The translations under genes were made by a program, and so were the position numbers. Below are positions 12,220 to 20,513 of a stretch of 64,000 nucleotides of DNA, in pieces (position 1 is the first letter of the stretch; each line of letters begins with the position of its first letter). Origin of the DNA: Candidatus Kaiserbacteria bacterium (GTDB lineage Bacteria; Patescibacteriota; Minisyncoccia; Phycocordibacterales; UBA2100); the NCBI GenBank assembly GCA_023267655.1, contig JAHFMV010000004.1, positions 10,044 to 74,043 on the forward strand, given 5' to 3'. Below the pieces are notes generated by a model, which was given only the letters and a program-made list of their open reading frames with translations, ran no database searches and was not told the origin of the DNA.

Positions 12220-15200
12220 TTAGCGACGCGAGAACCACGTTCCGGGCCACCGATACGTGAGGATGGGGATCATAACGAGCGTGAGAATCATTGAAAACGC
12301 AAGACCAAACATGATCGTGTAGGCAAGTGGACCCCAGAGCGCGGTTGCGCCCGCAAGCGGGAGCATGCCAATTACGGTGGTGATTGTCGTAAGGAAGATG
12401 GGGCGCAGGCGTGAGATCGCGGCTTCGATGATGACTTCGCGCGGAGAAAGATCGAGGCGCGTGTGTGCTATGCGGTGAATGGAGTCGGTGAGGATGATCG
12501 CGTGGTTGATGATGACACCGGCAAGCGCAATGATGCCAACGACCGATGAAAATGAGAGCGTACGCCCCGAAATAAAGAGCCCGCCGAAGACGCCGATAAG
12601 CGAGAGGATGACCATGAGGATCAGGTAGAGTGCGTGGCGGATCGAGTTGAATTGCATGACCATGATCGCGATCATGAGGACAAGTCCCGCGATGAATGCG
12701 AAGCCCATTTCTGCAAATGATTTATTCACATCCTCGGTCTCGCCGCCGATTTTCATCGTAATGCCTTGTGGCATTTGCAGTTCCTCTTTTCGCTTCTCGA
12801 TTTGAGTGGTGACTTCCACTGCGGTCGTTTTCCCGACGACTTGGCTTGAGACGGTCTCGATGCGTTTGCGATCGTCGTGATTGATGCTGCTCTTGCCGCG
12901 ATCAAGCGTTGTATCGAGTACCGAGCCGAGGAGGATCGGACCTTTCGGCGTCTGGACCGTGATCGCACGCAAGGCATCCGCGCTGACATTTGTCGTTTCC
13001 GACGGATCGTCGTAGACCGGATTCAAATCCATTTTGACTACAACATCAGTGTCGACGTCAGGATTATGGATCGTTGTTGCGGTCGCGCCGTGCACCGCGG
13101 TGCGAAGCGTCTGCGCGATCATCGCCGGTGAGAGACCAAAGCTCGCGGCTTTTGCGCGGTCGATGGTGAGTGTAAATTCAAGACCGTTGTCTTTCACGCT
13201 CGATTGGATATCAGAGACGCCATTGATAGACGCGAGCAGTCGCTCGGCGTTGACCGTAACCTTTTCAAGATCATCAAGGTTGTCTCCGGAGAAGGTAATG
13301 AGGACAGGCGCGCCCGATGGCGGACCGTTGTTCGGCTCTGACACGCGGATCGTGGCGCCCGGGATTGTGCCGACTTTTTGTCGCACTGCATCCACAACTT
13401 CGGACGATGTATGTGCGCGGTCATGTTTGTCCGTGAGGAGAATCGTGATGTTCGCGAGATTTCCGCCGGCGGTCGGTTGGTCTCCTGAGAGCGCGCTGGT
13501 ACCGCCGACTGTTGTCGCAAACGAATCAATATCAGGATTACCATAGAGCGCCTCTTCGACTTGCCGTGTCACTAGATCAGTATCGAGAAGCGTCGTGCCT
13601 TGCGGCTTTTCAATTGAAATCACCACATAGCCGATGTCTTCTTGCGGGAAGAACGTCGTTTTCAAAAGGCCGGTAATCGGAAGCGCAAGTGCGAGGAAAA
13701 AGCCGCCGATGATTGACCAGAGGAAAATATTTTGTGCGCGACGGTTGTCGAGCATGTATCCCAATGTTCCGCGATACCATTCTTGGAATTTGTGCGTGTA
13801 TTCCTCTTGCTTTTTCTCGAGGCGATTCGATTCTTTTTTAGTAAACGTGATCGCAATCAAAGGGACAAGGCCGAGCGCGACGAAAATCGACGCAAACAGG
13901 ACGAAAATAAGGGTGAAGGGAATCGATTTAATGAATTGTCCGACAATGCCGGAGATAAAGAACAACGGCGCAAAGACGGCGACCGTTGCCATCGTACCGG
14001 CGATAAGCGGCCACGCGTATTCCTTGAGCGCGGCTTCGGCTGCTTCTTCTTTCGTTGGAAAGAGACGCATACGGGTGTGGATCGCTTCGGTAACGACAAT
14101 GCCGCTATCCACCAAAATACCGATCGCGAGAATGAGCGCAAAAAGGGAAACGAAATTCAGCGTGTTGCCGCTCTCCAAAAGACCGATGAACGCAATGAGG
14201 AATGAGAGCGGAATAGAAACTGCGGCGACGAGTGACTCGCGCCACCCGATCGTGATAAACAGCGTGATCATGACGAGTGCCATGGTCTCGAGACCGACTT
14301 TCGTGAGATCGCTCAAGCTCGTCTTTACTTCCTTGCCCAAATCAAGCGAAAGGACGACGGAGCTGCCATTTAGTATTCCTTTTTTCAATTCTTCGAGGCG
14401 TGCTTTGACTGCGTCCGCTGTCGTCACGATATTTCCACCGGAACTCTTAAATACTGAAAGGGTGAGTGAGGATTCAGAAGGTTTTCCGCCCGATGATGCG
14501 CGGGAAATGCTGGTTGGGCGTTCAAGACCATCGACGACATCCGCGATATCGCGCACGTACACGATGGTGCCCGTCGGTGCGACGATCGCGACATCGCGGA
14601 CTTGGTCGGCCTCTGCAATGTCGCCCTCGAAATTCAGAGCGTATTCGATATTGTCGACCGTGATCGATCCGACCGGGAGTTTTGCATTCGATGCGGCGAT
14701 CGCGCCGACGATGTCAGTCAAACGCAGCCCGTATTGATTCAATTTTTCCTTTTGGACGACGACTTGGATTTCCTTTTTGCGCACACCGGAAACTTCGACA
14801 CGTGAGACGCCTTTTACATTCTGGAGATCATCCTGCAAGTCTTTGCCGAGTGAAGTCAGGATTGCCGGCGCATAATCGCCAGTCACTGAAATGATAAGAA
14901 TCGGCTGTTCTGCAAAATTGACTTCGCTTACGAAAGGACCATTCGCTTCAGCAGGCAAGTCTGATTTCGACGCCGCAACTGCGTCTTTCAATTTCTGGAT
15001 GGATTTATCGAGGTTTGCATTTGCATCAAATTGCACCGTCACCATTGAGAGCCCTTCGCGTGAGCTCGAAGTCAGCTTGTCGAGGTTTTCAAGGTTTGCG
15101 ACGCCGCTTTCAATCTTATCGGTAACGAGTTGCTCGACATCAGCAGCGGATGCGCCGGGGAAGACGGTCGTGACGATACCAATCGGGATTCGCACTGCCG

Positions 15201-15315
15201 GCGCGTTTTCTTTCGGAATGCTCAAAAGAGCATACGTCCCAGTAGCGATGAGCGCGACGATCAGCAACACCGTAAACTGGCGCTTGCGCAAAAAATAATT
15301 CCAAAGCCACAGCAT
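12220..15315 (-). CDS. RND efflux permease (AcrB/AcrD/AcrF family)
   Basis: 1031 aa; GILVDSGIVV, SRLRPIFLTTITT motifs. Confidence 0.95.
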   Translation of the reverse strand: MLWLWNYFLRKRQFTVLLIVALIATGTYALLSIPKENAPAVRIPIGIVTTVFPGASAADVEQLVTDKIESGVANLENLDKLTSSSREGLSMVTVQFDANANLDKSIQKLKDAVAASKSDLPAEANGPFVSEVNFAEQPILIISVTGDYAPAILTSLGKDLQDDLQNVKGVSRVEVSGVRKKEIQVVVQKEKLNQYGLRLTDIVGAIAASNAKLPVGSITVDNIEYALNFEGDIAEADQVRDVAIVAPTGTIVYVRDIADVVDGLERPTSISRASSGGKPSESSLTLSVFKSSGGNIVTTADAVKARLEELKKGILNGSSVVLSLDLGKEVKTSLSDLTKVGLETMALVMITLFITIGWRESLVAAVSIPLSFLIAFIGLLESGNTLNFVSLFALILAIGILVDSGIVVTEAIHTRMRLFPTKEEAAEAALKEYAWPLIAGTMATVAVFAPLFFISGIVGQFIKSIPFTLIFVLFASIFVALGLVPLIAITFTKKESNRLEKKQEEYTHKFQEWYRGTLGYMLDNRRAQNIFLWSIIGGFFLALALPITGLLKTTFFPQEDIGYVVISIEKPQGTTLLDTDLVTRQVEEALYGNPDIDSFATTVGGTSALSGDQPTAGGNLANITILLTDKHDRAHTSSEVVDAVRQKVGTIPGATIRVSEPNNGPPSGAPVLITFSGDNLDDLEKVTVNAERLLASINGVSDIQSSVKDNGLEFTLTIDRAKAASFGLSPAMIAQTLRTAVHGATATTIHNPDVDTDVVVKMDLNPVYDDPSETTNVSADALRAITVQTPKGPILLGSVLDTTLDRGKSSINHDDRKRIETVSSQVVGKTTAVEVTTQIEKRKEELQMPQGITMKIGGETEDVNKSFAEMGFAFIAGLVLMIAIMVMQFNSIRHALYLILMVILSLIGVFGGLFISGRTLSFSSVVGIIALAGVIINHAIILTDSIHRIAHTRLDLSPREVIIEAAISRLRPIFLTTITTVIGMLPLAGATALWGPLAYTIMFGLAFSMILTLVMIPILTYRWPGTWFSRR

Positions 15316-15320
15316 ATACG

Positions 15321-16847
15321 TTAGTCGGCGACCGTCACCTCGTCGCCTTCCTTCAGACCTCGGCTATCGGCTACGATTTCCGTGTCTGCGGTAAGGCCTT
15401 GCGTGACTTGTACAGAATCTCCCGAAAGTTTGCCGATGGTGATTTCCTTCGCGACAAGTTTGTTATCAAGAACTGTAAAGACGATTGTGCGTTTTGCTTC
15501 GATCTTCAGCGCGGCTATTGGGATGGAGAGCGGACCGCTCGTTGGTGCGGTTGCAACGCCTTTTCCGAGTTCGATGCGGACCGATTGACCGTTTGTCAAA
15601 ACTTTCGCAGCGTTTGCTGGGAGTCCGATGCGGACTTCGATGCGGCGAGTCACCGGGTCAAGCGCCGGTGCGATTTTGGTAACAGTGCCAGTTACGCCAC
15701 CCTCGAGCGTGATTTTTTGACCGACGGAAACACGCGATTTGTCTTCCTCGGTCACGTACGCAACGGCTTCCAGCGCACCATTGTTCGACACAACGGCAAC
15801 TTGCTGCGATGGGGTGAGGAAATCGCCGAGTTTGATCGTGAAATTATTGAGTGAGCCGGCGATTGGTGAGCGGATGATGGTTTTCTCGAGGTTCGCGACT
15901 GTCGCGTTGTAGGCGCCTTGTGCCTGCTTAAGAGACGCTGAAGATGCCGATGGGCCGCCACTTTCACCCGTATTATTTGCGGCGACTTGAAGACCACTTT
16001 GTGCGCTCGCGACAGAGGAGAGTGCGCTTGTTACCGCCGTACGCCCCGCAGTCGCATCAGCGAGGTACGTCGCAATATTGGAGGACGACACATCAGAGCT
16101 TGGAATGCCTTTGTTGAGAACGATGATCAGCGTATCGAGATAGCTTCGCAAATCGCGCAGCTCCGATTCGGTCTTTGCGAGTTCCGTCGCTAGGTCGCTC
16201 GAGCCCGTCAGCGAGTTCTGAATATTCGCGTGACGTTTGATAACCGCCGTCAACGCGCCGCGGTTCAATACTAATTGCATCTTGAGTTGGGATTCAGATG
16301 TCTGGACGTTAAAGACGGGTGTCTGCGATTCCGGATTTGAAAAGTTGACATCGATATCATCATGGACGGTGCTTCCGTAGGTTGCATACGTGCTCAAGAG
16401 CGTGTTCAGCGCTGATGTCTGTGCGCTATCAAGTGAGACCGTAGTGTTGGCATTTGCCGCTTTAGCAGCTTCGAGAACGCCCTCCGCCTGCAAGACTGCC
16501 GCGCGCTGGGAATCATTTTCGACTTCTGCGAGGATTTGTCCGGCGGATACAAAATCGCCGAGCGATGCGCGCACATGCGTGACACGTCCGCCGCTTTCTG
16601 CGGAAATTTTCGCTTCATTGACGGAGCGGATTTCTGCAACGATTGAGAGTGAGCCGTTGCCGCTCATCAGATCAGCCACACGCCCGACGATGACTTCGGG
16701 CTTTGCATCAGGCGTTGCTGTGGCGTCTTTTGCACCCACAAAATGGAAAATAAGCCCGCCGCCAATAAGGAGAACGACAAGTCCGGCGATTGAGTAGCGT
16801 TTGTGCGCGAGTATTAGCGCCTTAATTCGAGCCACGTATGTAGTCAT
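15321..16847 (-). CDS. RND efflux membrane-fusion (adaptor) subunit
   Basis: N-terminal TM, lipoyl-like halves, long helical hairpin, IRSPIAG; adjacent to RND permease. Confidence 0.88.
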   Translation of the reverse strand: MTTYVARIKALILAHKRYSIAGLVVLLIGGGLIFHFVGAKDATATPDAKPEVIVGRVADLMSGNGSLSIVAEIRSVNEAKISAESGGRVTHVRASLGDFVSAGQILAEVENDSQRAAVLQAEGVLEAAKAANANTTVSLDSAQTSALNTLLSTYATYGSTVHDDIDVNFSNPESQTPVFNVQTSESQLKMQLVLNRGALTAVIKRHANIQNSLTGSSDLATELAKTESELRDLRSYLDTLIIVLNKGIPSSDVSSSNIATYLADATAGRTAVTSALSSVASAQSGLQVAANNTGESGGPSASSASLKQAQGAYNATVANLEKTIIRSPIAGSLNNFTIKLGDFLTPSQQVAVVSNNGALEAVAYVTEEDKSRVSVGQKITLEGGVTGTVTKIAPALDPVTRRIEVRIGLPANAAKVLTNGQSVRIELGKGVATAPTSGPLSIPIAALKIEAKRTIVFTVLDNKLVAKEITIGKLSGDSVQVTQGLTADTEIVADSRGLKEGDEVTVAD

Positions 16848-16857
16848 AGATTGAAAG

Positions 16858-16886
16858 ATACTAACATTTATAAACGGTCACGTCAA
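16858..16886 (-). promoter_or_regulatory. Sigma70-like promoter for RND pair
   Basis: TTGACG-17 nt-TAGTAT on minus strand. Confidence 0.5.
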
Positions 16887-16929
16887 GTTTCCCGTAATGT
16901 ATCCATTGCTGTGATACACTTTTCAAAAC

Positions 16930-17520
16930 ATGGCTAAAAAAATATTTCTGCTGCTCGGACATCCCGACAAAAGCGGCATTTCAGGGTCGTTTGCGGACGC
17001 GTATGAGCAAGGAGCGAAGGAAGGCGGGCACGAAGTTGTGCGCATGAACATCGGAGAGATGACCTTCGATCCCATTTTACACAAGGGCTACCGTGCCATG
17101 CAAGAATTGGAGCCCGATCTAAAACGTTTTACCGAACTTGTAAAATGGTCGGATCATTTTGTCATTATCCATCCAGTATGGTGGGTCGGGATGCCGGCGA
17201 TCTTGAAAGGGCTCTTTGATCGTGCGTGGCTACCCGGATCCGAGTTTCGCTACATGAAATTCCCGAGCGGCAAGCGCAGTATGTTTTGGCATCGTCTCAT
17301 GCGCGGCAAGACCGCGCGTATCATCATCGCAAGCGGTACGCAGCCGTGGCTGGTGCGGCTGCTTCCGGGTAACGTCAATGCGCAATTAAAGTGGGGAATT
17401 CTCTGGTTCGCCGGATTTTCCGTCAGCACAACATGGTACGGCCCGTCAGAAAATGTGCCGGAGCCGCGGAAACAACGATGGTTGCATAAGATTCGAGAAC
17501 TTGGTAGGCGCGGGTTATAA
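16930..17520 (+). CDS. NAD(P)H-dependent oxidoreductase, flavodoxin-like fold
   Basis: LGHP, PVWWVGMPAILKGLFDR. Confidence 0.9.
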   Translation: MAKKIFLLLGHPDKSGISGSFADAYEQGAKEGGHEVVRMNIGEMTFDPILHKGYRAMQELEPDLKRFTELVKWSDHFVIIHPVWWVGMPAILKGLFDRAWLPGSEFRYMKFPSGKRSMFWHRLMRGKTARIIIASGTQPWLVRLLPGNVNAQLKWGILWFAGFSVSTTWYGPSENVPEPRKQRWLHKIRELGRRGL

Positions 17521-17525
17521 AAATT

Positions 17526-17549
17526 GCGCCGCAGGTGAACCTGCGGCGC
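17526..17549. terminator. Intrinsic terminator hairpin
   Basis: GCGCCGCAGGT-GA-ACCTGCGGCGC between convergent genes. Confidence 0.7.
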
Positions 17550-17561
17550 CTCGTGTTCTGA

Positions 17562-17807
17562 TTATGGGGCAATGTCCGGACCGTCAACCGCAGTATGATC
17601 GCGGATTAACGTTCTTTCGTCGTTGTAGGCATAGTACACCGTATCCATCTCGCCCTTACGTTGCCTATTCTGTCCATCGGCGATTGCTACAGCCTCTCCC
17701 GGTGTATCGCAATCCTTCACTACGCCATCCTCGTGAGAGAACAGGTCGACATAGATCACTCGGAACTTCCCCTTGGGGATGTCGTTCAAAATTGCAGCTT
17801 TGGCCAT
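17562..17807 (-). CDS. Hypothetical protein (81 aa, SD-led)
   Basis: GGAGG SD; TTGACA-17-CAATAT upstream; terminator downstream. Confidence 0.7.
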   Translation of the reverse strand: MAKAAILNDIPKGKFRVIYVDLFSHEDGVVKDCDTPGEAVAIADGQNRQRKGEMDTVYYAYNDERTLIRDHTAVDGPDIAP

Positions 17808-17887
17808 TTTAATCCTCCATTACGGGAGCTCCACCGCTCGCCGACCGCATATTGCCATATTAGACTTTGCATGTCAAAATCACTGCG

Positions 17888-17965
17888 ATGTCACTTTCAA
17901 TCGCAATCGTCGGTCTGCCAAACCCCAGTAGGAAAGCGAAGCTTCCTACGGGGCAGGCGTCGTAA
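17888..17965 (+). pseudogene. Interrupted first copy of ychF 5' end (uORF)
   Basis: MSLSIAIVGLPN + 35-bp hairpin, stop TAA 6 nt before the ychF ATG. Confidence 0.78.
17923..17957 (+). repeat. REP-like 35-bp hairpin
   Basis: CCCCAGTAGGAAAGCGAAGCTTCCTACGGGGCAGG. Confidence 0.88.
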
Positions 17966-17971
17966 ATTTAT

Positions 17972-19072
17972 ATGTCACTTAGTATTGGAATTGTTGGGTT
18001 ACCGAATGTGGGCAAGTCCACGTTATTTAATGCTCTGACGCGCAAGGGCGTGCTCATCGCAAATTATCCTTTCGCAACCATTGATCCATCGGTGGGTGTG
18101 GTTGCGGTACCGGATTTTCGACTTGATCGCTTGTCGCAAATGTCGAAATCGGAAAAGACCGTGCCCGCAGCTGTGGAATTTGTTGATATTGCAGGCTTGG
18201 TGAAAGGCGCATCGGAGGGTGAAGGGCTTGGCAACCAATTTCTCACCAACATTCGTGAGACGGACGCCATTGCGGAAGTCGTACGGCTTTTTGAGGATGA
18301 CGATATTCATCACGTGCATGGCGACGTCGATCCTTTGCGAGATATTGAAGTCATTAATCTTGAATTAGTGCTCGCCGACGAAGAGACGGCCTCGAAGCGG
18401 CTCGAGCGATTGGAGCGTGATGCAAAAGGCGGTGACAAACAGCTCGTTGCAGAACGCGATGTGTTGCGCAAGATCGTTCCCGCGCTGAAATCGGGTAAAG
18501 CCGCACGCACTGTCGCATTGGACGAAAAGGAATTGGAAGTGGTGAAAGGCCTGCACCTTCTTACCTCAAAACCACTTCTCTATGTTTTGAACCGCAAAAG
18601 CGGCGCGGTGAATATTGATGCAGAAGGTGGCGAGCGCTGGAAATCACTTGAGCGATTTATCGATGCCGACAAAGCACAGTCAGTATTTGTTGATGCGGGC
18701 GTTGAAAATGATCTCAATGACATGCAAGGCGATGAGAAGAACGAATTCCGCCGCGAACTCGGTGTCTCATCCGACGGTATCGATGACCTCATCAAAGGCG
18801 GCTATCGATTGCTCGACCTTATTTCATTCTTTACGACGGGCGAAAAGGAAACGCGCGCATGGACGATCAAGCGCGGTGCAACAGCGCCGGAAGCAGGTGC
18901 GGCAATCCATGGAGATTTCAGAGACAAATTCATCCGTGCGCAGGTAATTCAATGGGACAAACTCCTCGAAGCCGGCTCCTGGGCATCGGCGCGCGAAAAA
19001 GGCTGGGTCCGCACGGAAGGGAAAGAGTATGTAGTTCAAGATGGCGATGTCATGGAGTTTTTCCACAGCTGA
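17972..19072 (+). CDS. ychF: Redox-regulated ATPase YchF
   Basis: [51 protein letters not shown]. Confidence 0.97.
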   Translation: MSLSIGIVGLPNVGKSTLFNALTRKGVLIANYPFATIDPSVGVVAVPDFRLDRLSQMSKSEKTVPAAVEFVDIAGLVKGASEGEGLGNQFLTNIRETDAIAEVVRLFEDDDIHHVHGDVDPLRDIEVINLELVLADEETASKRLERLERDAKGGDKQLVAERDVLRKIVPALKSGKAARTVALDEKELEVVKGLHLLTSKPLLYVLNRKSGAVNIDAEGGERWKSLERFIDADKAQSVFVDAGVENDLNDMQGDEKNEFRRELGVSSDGIDDLIKGGYRLLDLISFFTTGEKETRAWTIKRGATAPEAGAAIHGDFRDKFIRAQVIQWDKLLEAGSWASAREKGWVRTEGKEYVVQDGDVMEFFHS

Positions 19073-19210
19073 AGCGCTTAGAAGGTTTAACCTTTTCTGT
19101 GGCTCTGTTGAGCGACATACAAGATTCGATCTTGTATTTCGAGCTACATGCAGCCGTTGTGCAATAAGATGAGCTTGCGTACGTCTTTGTGAGGTGTAGC
19201 ATTCAAACAT

Positions 19211-20170
19211 ATGAACACCCCAAAAGTCACGCCTAAGGACTTCTTTATCTGGGCTGGTGCAATGATCGCTCTTTATTCGTCGGTTTTTGCATTTATCGCG
19301 CTCCTGTTTCAGTACATCGATTACGCATATCCTGATGTCTTGTCGTATTCGTATGTCGATCCATTCTCGGGCGGGATCCGTATCGCGATGGCGACACTGA
19401 TCGTGATGGTGCCGGTTGCGATCCTCCTTCTGCGCTTTATCCGCAAAGACATTGTCGCCGATGCGATGAAAGCAGAAATCTGGATTCGCCGCTGGATTCT
19501 TGTTCTTACGATTTTTATCGCGGGCTTTGCAGCGGTCGGTGATCTCATCACGCTCATCAATTATTTCCTCGGCGGTGATATTACGACGCGGTTTGTTTTG
19601 AAAGTCGCGGTATTACTTCTCGTTGCGCTTGCCGTCTTTCTGCACTTCCTTGCAGACTTGCGCGGCTATTGGAATCAATATCCACAATACGCGCGCATGG
19701 TGGGTTGGGGTGCTGGCGTTGCCGTCCTTCTCGCGATTGTCGCCGGCTTCTTTATCATGGGCTCACCGACGCAGATTCGGCTGTATCGTTTCGACACGCA
19801 AAAAGTAAGTGATCTGCAAAATATCCAGTACCAGATCGTGAACTTCTGGCAGCAAAAGGAAAAACTACCGGCAACACTTTCGGAAGTGGCAGATCCAATC
19901 AGCGGCAATACAATTCCAGTGGATCCACAGGGCGGCGCGTACCGCTACGAAGTAACTGGAGCCATGTCGTTCAAGCTATGTGCGACGTTCAATGCGGACA
20001 GCAAGGATGTAAACACAGGCCGCTCTGTTCCTATTGCAGCACCGTATCCTGTAAAGGGCACTGGCATCGAAGACACATGGCAGCATGGATCGGGAGAAAA
20101 ATGCTTTGAAAGAACTATTGACCCAGAAAGATACCCGCCATTCAATAAGAACGTCTCTCCCGCGAAGTAA
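19211..20170 (+). CDS. Membrane protein (DUF5671-like)
   Basis: PKDFF N-terminus, several TM helices, GSP..R..D..VSDLQ.I soluble domain. Confidence 0.7.
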   Translation: MNTPKVTPKDFFIWAGAMIALYSSVFAFIALLFQYIDYAYPDVLSYSYVDPFSGGIRIAMATLIVMVPVAILLLRFIRKDIVADAMKAEIWIRRWILVLTIFIAGFAAVGDLITLINYFLGGDITTRFVLKVAVLLLVALAVFLHFLADLRGYWNQYPQYARMVGWGAGVAVLLAIVAGFFIMGSPTQIRLYRFDTQKVSDLQNIQYQIVNFWQQKEKLPATLSEVADPISGNTIPVDPQGGAYRYEVTGAMSFKLCATFNADSKDVNTGRSVPIAAPYPVKGTGIEDTWQHGSGEKCFERTIDPERYPPFNKNVSPAK

Positions 20171-20172
20171 CT

Positions 20173-20487
20173 ATGACTGAAAAGGGACCATGGGGCTCTC
20201 CTGACGGTGCACCGCGACGCGATGCACAAGAAAATATAATTCGGGGAATTCGGAGTGAATTACGTTCCTCCATGAAGACAATTGCCGATTACGAAGTTGA
20301 AGAAGACTTTACAAGTGCTCCCCGGGTGACTTTTAGAAAATCTGACGACGCGTCGTGGCCTGCTGTTGAGAAAAAAATTGAAGAGCTCGCGAAAGATGCG
20401 AGTGGGCTTGCAAAAAAACATAATTATGGCGATGTTCAGGTTCGCAAAGAGGCAGATGGAAAGTCCGTAATTGTTGAAATTGTGTAA
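20173..20487 (+). CDS. Hypothetical protein
   Basis: 104-aa ORF filling the gap before leuS. Confidence 0.6.
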   Translation: MTEKGPWGSPDGAPRRDAQENIIRGIRSELRSSMKTIADYEVEEDFTSAPRVTFRKSDDASWPAVEKKIEELAKDASGLAKKHNYGDVQVRKEADGKSVIVEIV

Positions 20488-20513
20488 GACAGGCTTCATG
20501 GTAGGCTATTCCA

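Noticed and set aside
13034-15298. Long plus-strand ORFs opposite the RND gene (and similar ones opposite uvrA, uvrC, S11 peptidase)
   Set aside because: Antisense shadows of well-supported genes with no motifs of their own.
17963-17965. Stop-codon readthrough or alternative genetic code joining the ychF uORF to ychF
   Set aside because: TAA, TAG and TGA all end clearly conserved genes in the window; nothing supports recoding.
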